A stretch of 64,000 nt of DNA from Promethearchaeota archaeon (lineage in GTDB: Archaea > Asgardarchaeota > Lokiarchaeia > Sigyniarchaeales > SOKP01): the NCBI GenBank assembly GCA_019057865.1, contig JAHLWP010000004.1:32001-96000 (forward strand). Direction: 5' to 3'. The position numbers and the translations under genes were made by a program. Below, piece after piece: positions 9,508-18,991 of the stretch. Under the pieces are notes generated by a model, which searched no databases, was not told the DNA's origin, and saw only the letters and a list, made by a program, of their open reading frames with translations. Every line of letters begins with the position of its first letter. Within the stretch, counting starts at the first letter, position 1.

Positions 9508-11220
9508 ATGGGTGAGGATAAGAAAATTAGCTATTCAGATAAGCCTTGGTTGAAATCTTATTTTGTCGGACCGTTTAAACTCAAACAAACAATGGAACCC
9601 TATCCCAAAATAAATATTTATCAGTTCCTTGAAGATAGTGCGGCAAATTATCCAGATAATATTGCATGCGTTTATGTAGATGAAGAAATTACATATAAAG
9701 ATTTAAAGCTTAAGGTTGATAAGCTAGCAAGCGCATTTGTAGATCTTGGTTTGAAGAAAGGAGATACGATTGCATCAGTGCTTCCTTCTTGTTTAGAGTT
9801 CATTTTAATAGATTATGCTGCATTAAAAATAGGAGTAATCCATGTACCTTTAAGTATTTTACATAAAACTCCTGATTTATTATATGAACTTAAAGAAAGT
9901 GGAGCTAAAACAGTTATCTGTTCCTACAGGCGGATAGAACGTGTTAGTGAGGTTAAAAATGAAGTTGGCATTAATACAATCATTTATACTCCAACAAAGC
10001 TATTTCCTGATTATAAATTGCCTGATATGGAAGAAATATTCGCAGAAGGGTTTTACCTCTTAGATGACTTAATAGATAAATATGATCCTCTCGAAGAAAC
10101 AGTAGAAGTAAACCCCATGGAAGATATAGCATTATTACCTTTTACAGGAGGTACAACTGGGCTTCCTAAAGGAACTATGTTAACTCATTATAATATCACC
10201 ACTAACGTAATACAATTATTTCATTGGATGATGGATCCTCTAAAACCTGGAATTATTGGGAAAGCTGCCGTAGCAGTGTGTGTTCCTTTATTCCATCAAT
10301 ATGGGCATTATAGTGTACATACAGCTATTTCTTGGGGTCTAAAAATATTATTACTGGATCCAAGAGATCTAGTTAAAATTGCCGAAACGATAAAAAATGT
10401 TCGTCCTTTTATGGTCAATGCAGTTCCCACACATTATTCACTATTACTTCAGATGGACATTCCAAAAGCCCCTATATTCTATGTTTCTGGAGCAGCCGCT
10501 TTACCTCCAGATCTGGCTGAACAATTTGAGGAGAAGTGTGGTGTTCCTATGGCTGAAGGCTGGGGGGCGACAGAAACAACTGCTGTTTCCACCTTTAATC
10601 TTTCACCACTTTCAAAAGTCACCGGATTTATGGCAAAAATAAAAAGAGGTGTTGGGACGCCACTTCCTGATACAGAAGTTAAAGTAGTTGATATTGAAAC
10701 AGGTGAGGAGGTTGCATTTGGTGAGCCTGGTGAACTATGGGTTCGTGGTCCACAGATTATGAAAGGTTATTGGCCGACCCCTGGGAAGGGGTTACAGGAA
10801 GGTGGTTGGCTCCCAATGGGAGATATTGGAAAAATGGATGAGGAAGGATATTTCTACATTGTAGATCGTATTAAAGATATGATCAATGTATCTGGAAATA
10901 AAGTCTACTCAAGAGTGATTGATGATATTTTACATCAACATCCCGCAGTAAGAATTGCAGGAGTAGTAGGAATCCCAGACCCAGAACGTCTTGGTAGTGA
11001 AAGAGTAAAAGCATTTATTTCATTAAAACCCGAATATGAGGGCAAAGTTACCGAACAAGAGATAATTGATTATTTAAAAGATAAAGTTAAGCCATATGCA
11101 ATTCCTAAGTATGTTGAATTTAGACCAAATTTACCATTGACTATGGTCATGAAACTGTTTAAGAAAAAACTTAGAGAAGAAGAAATAGCAAAGATGAAAG
11201 AGAGAGGAGAAATTAAGTAA
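9508..11220 (+). CDS. long-chain fatty-acid--CoA ligase family (AMP-forming)
   Basis: FTGGTTGLPKG, EGWGATE, GELWVRGPQIMKGYW, DRIKDMI. Confidence 0.9.
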   Translation: MGEDKKISYSDKPWLKSYFVGPFKLKQTMEPYPKINIYQFLEDSAANYPDNIACVYVDEEITYKDLKLKVDKLASAFVDLGLKKGDTIASVLPSCLEFILIDYAALKIGVIHVPLSILHKTPDLLYELKESGAKTVICSYRRIERVSEVKNEVGINTIIYTPTKLFPDYKLPDMEEIFAEGFYLLDDLIDKYDPLEETVEVNPMEDIALLPFTGGTTGLPKGTMLTHYNITTNVIQLFHWMMDPLKPGIIGKAAVAVCVPLFHQYGHYSVHTAISWGLKILLLDPRDLVKIAETIKNVRPFMVNAVPTHYSLLLQMDIPKAPIFYVSGAAALPPDLAEQFEEKCGVPMAEGWGATETTAVSTFNLSPLSKVTGFMAKIKRGVGTPLPDTEVKVVDIETGEEVAFGEPGELWVRGPQIMKGYWPTPGKGLQEGGWLPMGDIGKMDEEGYFYIVDRIKDMINVSGNKVYSRVIDDILHQHPAVRIAGVVGIPDPERLGSERVKAFISLKPEYEGKVTEQEIIDYLKDKVKPYAIPKYVEFRPNLPLTMVMKLFKKKLREEEIAKMKERGEIK

Positions 11221-11374
11221 TTTAACTCCAAAAGATCAATCTAAAATTTAATTTTTAATAAAAACATTTTTTTACTTTTCTGACAAAAGCTAGATTATTT
11301 ATAAAATTCCATCTAGATTTAAAATATATAAAAAATACAAAATTTTAAAGAAAAAAAAATTTAAGGGATATATT

Positions 11375-11797
11375 ATGAAATTTGGAACTCCAGAATGGGC
11401 AGAAGCTTTTATGAAAGCTGTAAATGATAATACTAATTATAGAGAGGCAGCTGGACCAGAGGGATTTCCTCCTGACGGATGGGAAGGAGATTTCCTCTTT
11501 GTTGTTGAACCTTCGGGTAATTTAGATCATGAAATAAAGATGTTTGTAGGCTTGTATCATGGAGAATGTACAGGATCTAGAGTCCTAAAAGAGGGAGAAG
11601 AAGTAGAGACAGCATATGTTTATGCTGGACCCTATGATGCATGGGTACAAGTTTTAAAAAAAGAACTCGACCCCATCCGTGGGCTGTTAGCTGGCAAATT
11701 TAAGCTGAAAGGTGATATGTCAAAAATTTTGAAAGCTACAAGAGCAGCCTCAGAATTAGTAGTAAGTACTACTATGATTGATACAGAATTTTATTAA
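11375..11797 (+). CDS. SCP2 sterol/lipid-binding domain protein
   Basis: FGTPEWAEA..., LDPIRGLLAGKFKLKGDM. Confidence 0.82.
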   Translation: MKFGTPEWAEAFMKAVNDNTNYREAAGPEGFPPDGWEGDFLFVVEPSGNLDHEIKMFVGLYHGECTGSRVLKEGEEVETAYVYAGPYDAWVQVLKKELDPIRGLLAGKFKLKGDMSKILKATRAASELVVSTTMIDTEFY

Positions 11798-11809
11798 ATT
11801 AAAGAAATC

Positions 11810-11833
11810 TTTTTTACTTTTTTTTCCTTTTTT
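11810..11833 (+). terminator. oligo-T tract, probable archaeal terminator
   Basis: T-rich run directly after the SCP2 stop codon. Confidence 0.35.
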
Positions 11834-11863
11834 ATTGTATATCATATAATTGTAATATTTAAG

Positions 11864-12667
11864 ATGCCTAATCACGATCGTAATTTATCTGAATTAACAG
11901 AAAAACTTGTTTACTTTTTTGATTTAGATGGAACAATTTATTTAGGGAATAAATTATTTGAAGGTGTTCTTGAATTAGTTGATATATTAAAAAATAAACA
12001 TAAGAAATTGTATTTTCTTTCAAATAATTCAAGTAGATCTACAATTGATTATCTAAAAAAATTAAATAATTTTGAACTCAATGTGTCTCGTGAAAACTTA
12101 ATTCTATCCCAACACCCAACAATAGATTATTTAAAAAAAAATAATTATAAGAAGATTTTCTTAATGGGAACTCAATCTCTCAAGAAAGAATTTAGACAAG
12201 AGGGATTTGATTTAACTGAAGAAGATCCAGAAATTTTGGTACTTGCTTTTGATCAAGAATTAACTTATGATCGTTTAGTTAAAGCATCATACTTACTTCA
12301 GAAAGAAGATTTTCCTTATATTGCCACCCACTTGGATAATAGATGTCCCACCGAAGTTGGGTATACTCCGGATGCAGGTGGGATAGCCGCTCTTTTATAT
12401 AAAGCAACAGAAAGATCACCTAGAGTTTTCGGAAAACCAAATAAAGAAATGCTATTGTTTAAGTTAGAGCAATTAGGAATATCTCCTAAGAATGCTGTTA
12501 TGTTTGGAGATAGGTTATATACAGATATAATAATGGGAATAAAAGCTGGTGTTACTACTTGTTGTGTTTTATCTGGTGAAATGACAATGGATATGATAAA
12601 TAAAAGTGAACTTAAACCAGATTACATAATTAATGGAATCTGGGAGCTTTTAAATGAATTCAAATAA
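11864..12667 (+). CDS. HAD-IIA family hydrolase (NagD-like phosphatase)
   Basis: FDLDGT, LSNNS, GKP, GDRLYTDI. Confidence 0.92.
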   Translation: MPNHDRNLSELTEKLVYFFDLDGTIYLGNKLFEGVLELVDILKNKHKKLYFLSNNSSRSTIDYLKKLNNFELNVSRENLILSQHPTIDYLKKNNYKKIFLMGTQSLKKEFRQEGFDLTEEDPEILVLAFDQELTYDRLVKASYLLQKEDFPYIATHLDNRCPTEVGYTPDAGGIAALLYKATERSPRVFGKPNKEMLLFKLEQLGISPKNAVMFGDRLYTDIIMGIKAGVTTCCVLSGEMTMDMINKSELKPDYIINGIWELLNEFK

Positions 12668-12830
12668 GTTTTAATCTTATTTTTATCCAATACTTACCGA
12701 AAATTTTAATTCTTAATTGAAACTAAAATAATTAACTAAATAATGATGTTATTTGCGTAAAATATAAAAGTTAATTGCTTTGTTTTAATGATAACTAAAA
12801 CTGATGATTAAAGTATTTTGGTAATCAATC

Positions 12831-15524
12831 ATGATAATCAGCGAAAATAAAAAATATATCTATGATTTTAGTGAAGGAAATAAGGATTTAAAAAATCTAC
12901 TTGGCGGTAAAGGGGCTAACCTCGCAGAAATGACAAAATTAGGCCTAAGTATTCCACCTGGTTTTACAATTACAACAGAAGCTTGCTTACTTTATTTTAA
13001 TAATCCTGAAAAAGTAATGGACGAATTAAGACCCAATGTAATAAAACATTTAAAAACTTTAGAAAAAAATACTGGAAAAAAATTTGGAGATGTCGAAAAT
13101 CCCTTGCTGGTTTCAGTCCGCTCCGGGGCTTTTATTTCCATGCCAGGAATGATGGATACGGTGTTGAATCTTGGACTTAACGATCAAAGTGTACAAGGTT
13201 TGGGTGAACAAACAGATAACGACCGTTTTGCTTATGATTCTTATAGAAGATTTAATCAAATGTTTGGTGATGTTGTCATGGGTATAGGTGATGAGAAGTT
13301 TGAAAGGATTTTGAATAAATATAAAAGATCTATTTCTCGTGATGCTCAAGATACTGATCTAGGCGTAAGTGATCTACAAAAAATAATAGCTGATTATAAA
13401 GCATTATATGAAAAAGAAATTGGTTCACCATTTCCTCACGATCCTCTTACCCAACTTTTCCTTGCCATAGAAGCAGTATTTAAATCATGGAATAATAGAA
13501 GAGCGATAACATACCGAAGAATAAATAATATTCCAGATTTTGGAACAGCAGTTAATATTCAAGCTATGGTATTTGGTAATAAAGGATGGAAATCAGCGAC
13601 AGGCGTTGTCTTTACAAGAGATCCATCAACTGGAGAGAATAAAAAATTTGGTGAGTATTTGACAAATGCGCAGGGTGAGGATGTTGTTGCTGGAATTCGC
13701 ACACCAAAGATGTTAGATGAAATGAAAGAAGAGTTTCCTAAAATATATAAAGAATTAATTGATACAATGGAAAAGCTGGAAAATCATTATAGAGATATGC
13801 AAGATATTGAATTTACAATTGAAGATGGAAAGTTAAACATATTACAAACTCGAAATGGAAAACGAACTCCTTCTGCTGCTGTAAAAATTGCGGTTGATAT
13901 GGTTAAAGAAGGTTTTCTTTCAAAGGAAGAAGCTATTATGAGTGTAGATCCAAAGAAAGTATCAAAATTATTATTTAAAAGCATCGATGAAAATTCAATA
14001 GTACACGTTCTAGCACATGGTATTAACGCATCTCCTGGAGCTGTTTCTGGAATAGCTATTTTTGACCCTGATACAGCTGAAGAATTAGCAAATGAAGGAG
14101 AAAATGAAATAATTCTTGTTCGACCACAAACAAAACCAGATGATGTACATGGTTTATATGCTTCTAGTGGAGTGCTAACCCAATTTGGTGGAAAGACATC
14201 CCATGCCGCCGTGGTTGCTAGAGGGATGGGTAAACCTGCAGTCGTTGGTGCACAAGATGTTGAAATCGATGAAGAAAATAAAGAATTTAGAGTTGGTGAT
14301 ATGGTAGTAAGTGAAGGTGATTGGCTTACCATTGACGGGACATTAGGAAGGGTGATCGAAGGAAAAGTACCTTTAGTAGAACCAGAAATAAAAGGGGAAT
14401 TTTTAGAATTATTAGAGATGTGTAATACCATAAAACGATTGGGTGTCCGTGCAAATGCAGATACTCCTACTGATGCACGAAAAGCTATAGAATTTGGTGC
14501 TGAGGGAATAGGGCTCACAAGAACAGAGCATATGTTTATGGCACAAGATAGATTACCTGTAGTTCAAAGAATGATAATGGCAAGAACAATAGAAGAACGT
14601 CAAGATGCCTTGGATAAAATTTTGCCTATGCAAAAAGGCGACTTCTTAGAGATTTTTAAAATTATGGAAGGAAAGCCGGTAACCATAAGACTTTTGGATC
14701 CGCCTTTACATGAGTTTTTACCTGAATTGTCTACTGTTCTTTTAGAAAGTCAAGAGCTTAGAATGACAAATGCTTTGTCAAAATCTTTATTAAATATCAG
14801 ACCGCTGGATGAAGAAATTACTAAAAAAAATAAGGTTATCAGTCTAATTAGATCTTTATCTGAAGAAAATCCAATGATGGGTTTAAGAGGATGTCGTTTG
14901 GGTATCGTATGGCCAGAAATAAATGAAATGCAAGTAAAAGCGATATTTCAAGCCGCTTGCGAGCTTAAACTACAGGGAACTAATGTAATACCCGAAGTTA
15001 TGATTCCATTAATAGGAATGCTTTCAGAATTACAATATGTTAAATCTCAATTACTCCAAATCGCCGAAGAAACAATTAAAGATTATGGTGTAAATTTAGA
15101 TTATAAATTTGGTACAATGATTGAAATACCACGAGCAGCTTTAACTGCTGATGAAATTGCTATTGAAGCGGAGTTCTTTAGCTTTGGCACCAATGATCTA
15201 ACACAGATGACTTATGGCTTCTCTCGCGATGACGCCGAAGGTAAATTTCTCCCTATATATTTAAATAAAGAAATCTTGGAGAACAATCCCTTTGAAATTC
15301 TCGATCAAGACGGTGTTGGGAAGCTGATGAAAATGGCTCTAGAATTAGGCAAGAAAACGAGACCAGATTTAAAATGTGGTATATGTGGAGAACATGGTGG
15401 TGAGCCAAGCGCGATTAAATTTGCTCATTCTATTGGACTTGATTATGTTTCATGTTCGCCATTTAGAATTCCAGTTGCTATAATTGCCGCTGCTCAAGCA
15501 ACTATAGAGCAAAAGAAGAAGTAG
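12831..15524 (+). CDS. ppdK: pyruvate, phosphate dikinase
   Basis: LGGKGANLAEM, SVRSGA..SMPGMMDT, TSHAAVVAR, FSFGTNDLTQ, CGEHGG. Confidence 0.97.
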   Translation: MIISENKKYIYDFSEGNKDLKNLLGGKGANLAEMTKLGLSIPPGFTITTEACLLYFNNPEKVMDELRPNVIKHLKTLEKNTGKKFGDVENPLLVSVRSGAFISMPGMMDTVLNLGLNDQSVQGLGEQTDNDRFAYDSYRRFNQMFGDVVMGIGDEKFERILNKYKRSISRDAQDTDLGVSDLQKIIADYKALYEKEIGSPFPHDPLTQLFLAIEAVFKSWNNRRAITYRRINNIPDFGTAVNIQAMVFGNKGWKSATGVVFTRDPSTGENKKFGEYLTNAQGEDVVAGIRTPKMLDEMKEEFPKIYKELIDTMEKLENHYRDMQDIEFTIEDGKLNILQTRNGKRTPSAAVKIAVDMVKEGFLSKEEAIMSVDPKKVSKLLFKSIDENSIVHVLAHGINASPGAVSGIAIFDPDTAEELANEGENEIILVRPQTKPDDVHGLYASSGVLTQFGGKTSHAAVVARGMGKPAVVGAQDVEIDEENKEFRVGDMVVSEGDWLTIDGTLGRVIEGKVPLVEPEIKGEFLELLEMCNTIKRLGVRANADTPTDARKAIEFGAEGIGLTRTEHMFMAQDRLPVVQRMIMARTIEERQDALDKILPMQKGDFLEIFKIMEGKPVTIRLLDPPLHEFLPELSTVLLESQELRMTNALSKSLLNIRPLDEEITKKNKVISLIRSLSEENPMMGLRGCRLGIVWPEINEMQVKAIFQAACELKLQGTNVIPEVMIPLIGMLSELQYVKSQLLQIAEETIKDYGVNLDYKFGTMIEIPRAALTADEIAIEAEFFSFGTNDLTQMTYGFSRDDAEGKFLPIYLNKEILENNPFEILDQDGVGKLMKMALELGKKTRPDLKCGICGEHGGEPSAIKFAHSIGLDYVSCSPFRIPVAIIAAAQATIEQKKK

Positions 15525-15658
15525 TTTATTTTATAACTTTAAATAAAATTTTTTAAGTTTAATTTTTAATTTGTAAGAATCTCTAACTATATTAATATTA
15601 CTCTAAATAAATCAATTCATCAATAAAATAATTAAACCTTGAAAATTTATGTTTAACA

Positions 15659-16795
15659 ATGGATGTTAAAGAAAAATTTGATTTAATAATAAAAGGTACA
15701 GAAGAAGTCCTTACTGAGGATGATTTAAAACTTTACCTTGAAACTGAAGTTCCTTTAAATCATTACATCGGCTTTGAGATTTCAGGTAAAATTCATTTAG
15801 GAACAGGGCTTATTTGTATGTCAAAAATTAAGGATTTCTTGGATGCTGGAGTAAAATGTTCAATATTTTTGGCTGATTGGCATAGTTGGATAAATGATAA
15901 ATTAGGGGGAGATATGGACAAAATCCAAAAAATTGGTGTTGGGTATTTTAAAGAAGGGCTTAAAGCGTGTCTTAGTTGTGTAGGGGCAGATCCTGAGAAA
16001 GTTAAATTTTCACTTGGTACAGACCTTTACCATAACAATGATAATTATTGGGAAACGCTTATAGACGTTTGCAAAAGTACTACTTTAAACAGAATGCAAA
16101 GAAGTATAACAATTATGGGACGTAAAATGGGAGAAAATGTGGATTTTGCTAAATTATTATATCCGGCAATGCAGGTTTCCGATATTTTTACCCAAAATGT
16201 TAATTTTGCCCATGCGGGGTATGATCAAAGAAAAGCTCATGTAATTGCTAGAGATGTTGCATTAAAAATGAAGAAAAATAACCTAAAAAATACATCTGGA
16301 GAAACAATTAAACCAATTTGCATTCACCATCATCTAATCTTAGGATTAGCAAAACCGTCTATTTGGCCTATTAGTGATGAATCACAACTTCAAGAAATGT
16401 GGTCTGAAATGAAGATGAGCAAATCAATACCTAATTCAGCAGTGTTTATTAATGATACACCTGATGAGATAAAAAATAAAGTCAAGTCAGCATTTTGCCC
16501 TGAAGGAAATGTCTCTTTCAATCCAATTCTAGACTGGGTTAAATTTCTTATCTTTAAAGACAAAAAATCAACTCTTTTAATAGAAAGAACTCCAAAGTTC
16601 GGTGGTGACATTGAATATAATTCTTATAAAGATGTGGAACAAGCTTTCTTAAAAAAAGAATTACATCCACTTGACCTAAAGATGGGTGTAGCAAACGAGA
16701 TTATTAATGTTTTAGAACCTGTTCGAAATCATTTTGAACAACCTAGAATGAAAAAAATGAAGAAAGAATTAGAAGAATTAATAATAACTCGTTAG
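15659..16795 (+). CDS. tyrS: tyrosine--tRNA ligase (archaeal type)
   Basis: YIGFEISGKIHLG, LYPAMQVSD, DQRKAH, KMSKS, LHPLDLK. Confidence 0.95.
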   Translation: MDVKEKFDLIIKGTEEVLTEDDLKLYLETEVPLNHYIGFEISGKIHLGTGLICMSKIKDFLDAGVKCSIFLADWHSWINDKLGGDMDKIQKIGVGYFKEGLKACLSCVGADPEKVKFSLGTDLYHNNDNYWETLIDVCKSTTLNRMQRSITIMGRKMGENVDFAKLLYPAMQVSDIFTQNVNFAHAGYDQRKAHVIARDVALKMKKNNLKNTSGETIKPICIHHHLILGLAKPSIWPISDESQLQEMWSEMKMSKSIPNSAVFINDTPDEIKNKVKSAFCPEGNVSFNPILDWVKFLIFKDKKSTLLIERTPKFGGDIEYNSYKDVEQAFLKKELHPLDLKMGVANEIINVLEPVRNHFEQPRMKKMKKELEELIITR

Positions 16796-16877
16796 TTTTA
16801 TTATAGATATATCTTTACCTCTAATGAAATTTAATAATTCATTTAACATGATAAAATTACAAAAAATTAATACTATT

Positions 16878-17504
16878 ATGGTAAAATTATTATTTATTGG
16901 AGATTCTCACATCCCACGTAGAGCTAAAAGGATCCCAGATAAAATAATTGAAAACCTAAATCAATTAACTGAAACGGAATTATTTGAACACACTTTTTTT
17001 ACAGGAGATTTAATAAAGGCTCCAAAATTTTTAAATTTTCTAAATTTGAAAACAAAAAGGAACTTATTCGTAGTTATTGGTAATATGGATTATTTTGGAG
17101 GAAATCGAGATGATCCAATGTATCAAAAACTAGATTTTACATTTTCAGATAAAGAAGTGATTACTATTGGATTAACTCATGGTCATCAAATATCTCCGAG
17201 AGGTGATCATATGCAATTAGAATTACTAGCTATTGAAAAAAATTACAATATTTTGATATCTGGTCATACTCATAAAGAAGAAGTATTCCTTACAAATAAA
17301 GGAATTCTGTTATTAAATCCTGGAAGTGTTACTGGTGCTTGGTCATTTAAAGCCAGCAATAATCCCTCTTTTATAACTCTAAATTTAAATGAAAAAGCAC
17401 GAGAAATTGATGTCAATTTATTTCAATTAGATAATAAATCTTCCAAACTAAACAATTTACATTCTCATTTTATTTTTGAAGATAATCGGATTAAGTATAA
17501 ATAA
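16878..17504 (+). CDS. YfcE/Vps29-like metallophosphoesterase
   Basis: GDSHIPRR, GNMD, THGHQISPRGD, ILISGHTH, NPGSVTGA; start placed at the ATG of MVKLLFIGD. Confidence 0.85.
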   Translation: MVKLLFIGDSHIPRRAKRIPDKIIENLNQLTETELFEHTFFTGDLIKAPKFLNFLNLKTKRNLFVVIGNMDYFGGNRDDPMYQKLDFTFSDKEVITIGLTHGHQISPRGDHMQLELLAIEKNYNILISGHTHKEEVFLTNKGILLLNPGSVTGAWSFKASNNPSFITLNLNEKAREIDVNLFQLDNKSSKLNNLHSHFIFEDNRIKYK

Positions 17505-17612
17505 TTAGATTAATTAAATTTAATAAAATTCTATGTATTAATACTAAAATTCTATAATTTTGAAATAGAAATAATATTAAAACAATAAAAAAATTAAAGG
17601 TGAAAATTGTAA

Positions 17613-18812
17613 ATGTGGCATTTTTATTGTCCTAATATAATATATGGTGAAGATGCATTAGATTTCATAGAAAAAGTGAAGGGAGAAAAATGTTTCATTG
17701 TTACAGATAAGGTTATTGAAGAATTAGGTTATCTAAAGTTATTAACAGATAAACTTGACAAAATTGGGAAGAAATATAAAGTGTTCAATGACATAATGCC
17801 AGATCCTCATGAAGAAACTGTTGTAAAGGGTAAAGAACATTGTATCTCTTATGCTCCTGATTTAATTATTGCTTTAGGTGGAGGTTCTGTTATGGATACA
17901 GCAAAAGGAATCTGGGGTTTGTATGAATATCCTGAATATACAATCGATAATATTGATCCATTTAGCGATCAATTATATGATTTTGCGAACAAAGCAAAAA
18001 TGATTGCAATTCCAACTACTTCAGGAACAGGTTCAGAAGTAACATGGGCAGCAATTATTTCTCAATTCCAAAATAATGTTTGGAGGAAGGGTTCATTTGC
18101 TCATATGTCATTAGTCCCTACCTATGCTATAGTGGATCCAGTCTTTCCAAAGGGAATGCCTCCAAAATTAACTGTTAATACAGCATTTGATGCATTAGCC
18201 CACGCTATAGAAGGATATATTTCTAGCTGGAGAAATGAGTTTTCCAATGCTTTAGGTTTAAAGGCAATTGAACTTATATTTAAATACTTACCAATTGCTT
18301 ATAAAGATGGAAATAATATTGAAGCTAGGGACTTATTGCATCAAGCAGCAACAATGGCAGGTTTATCTTTTAGTAATTCTCAAGTTAACTTAGGGCATGC
18401 TATGGGGCATAGCTGCGGAGCTATTTTTTCAATCCATCATGGACAATCAGTTGGTCTTTTTCTTAAATATATTAGTCAATACTGTTTAAATAATCCTTCA
18501 GAACCAAATGAATCTATTGAAATATATTCAACTATTGCAAAAAAGTTAGGTTGGGCTAAATGGGATGATGAACCCAAGAAAGCGGCCTATATTGTTGTAG
18601 AAAAAATTAAGGAACTTCAAGAAAAGGTTGATTTTCCTTCTAACTTAAGAGGACTAGGAATAAGTAGGGAAGATTTTGATAAAAATTTAGATAAATTAAT
18701 AACTCTTTGCTATCAAGATCCCAGTAGTGTAATGGCTCCAAGAACCCCAAATAAAGCAGAATTCGAAAAGCTTTTCAAATACGCTTATGAAGGAAAAGAT
18801 ATTGACTTCTAA
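17613..18812 (+). CDS. iron-containing alcohol dehydrogenase
   Basis: GGGSVMD, PTTSGTGSE, DALAHAIE, GHAMGH, HG. Confidence 0.93.
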   Translation: MWHFYCPNIIYGEDALDFIEKVKGEKCFIVTDKVIEELGYLKLLTDKLDKIGKKYKVFNDIMPDPHEETVVKGKEHCISYAPDLIIALGGGSVMDTAKGIWGLYEYPEYTIDNIDPFSDQLYDFANKAKMIAIPTTSGTGSEVTWAAIISQFQNNVWRKGSFAHMSLVPTYAIVDPVFPKGMPPKLTVNTAFDALAHAIEGYISSWRNEFSNALGLKAIELIFKYLPIAYKDGNNIEARDLLHQAATMAGLSFSNSQVNLGHAMGHSCGAIFSIHHGQSVGLFLKYISQYCLNNPSEPNESIEIYSTIAKKLGWAKWDDEPKKAAYIVVEKIKELQEKVDFPSNLRGLGISREDFDKNLDKLITLCYQDPSSVMAPRTPNKAEFEKLFKYAYEGKDIDF

Positions 18813-18991
18813 AATCAACTTTTTTTAACATTTTTTTTAAATACTTTAAATTTATTAACTAGTTTTTGGATAATTTCATTATTTATCTAAAATGTTAAAC
18901 ATAAATATAACGAGTTTATATTATTTTTTTAAAGTGTTTTTAATATAAGAATTGAATCTCAATTCAAATATTAATTTGCAAAGACTAAATT

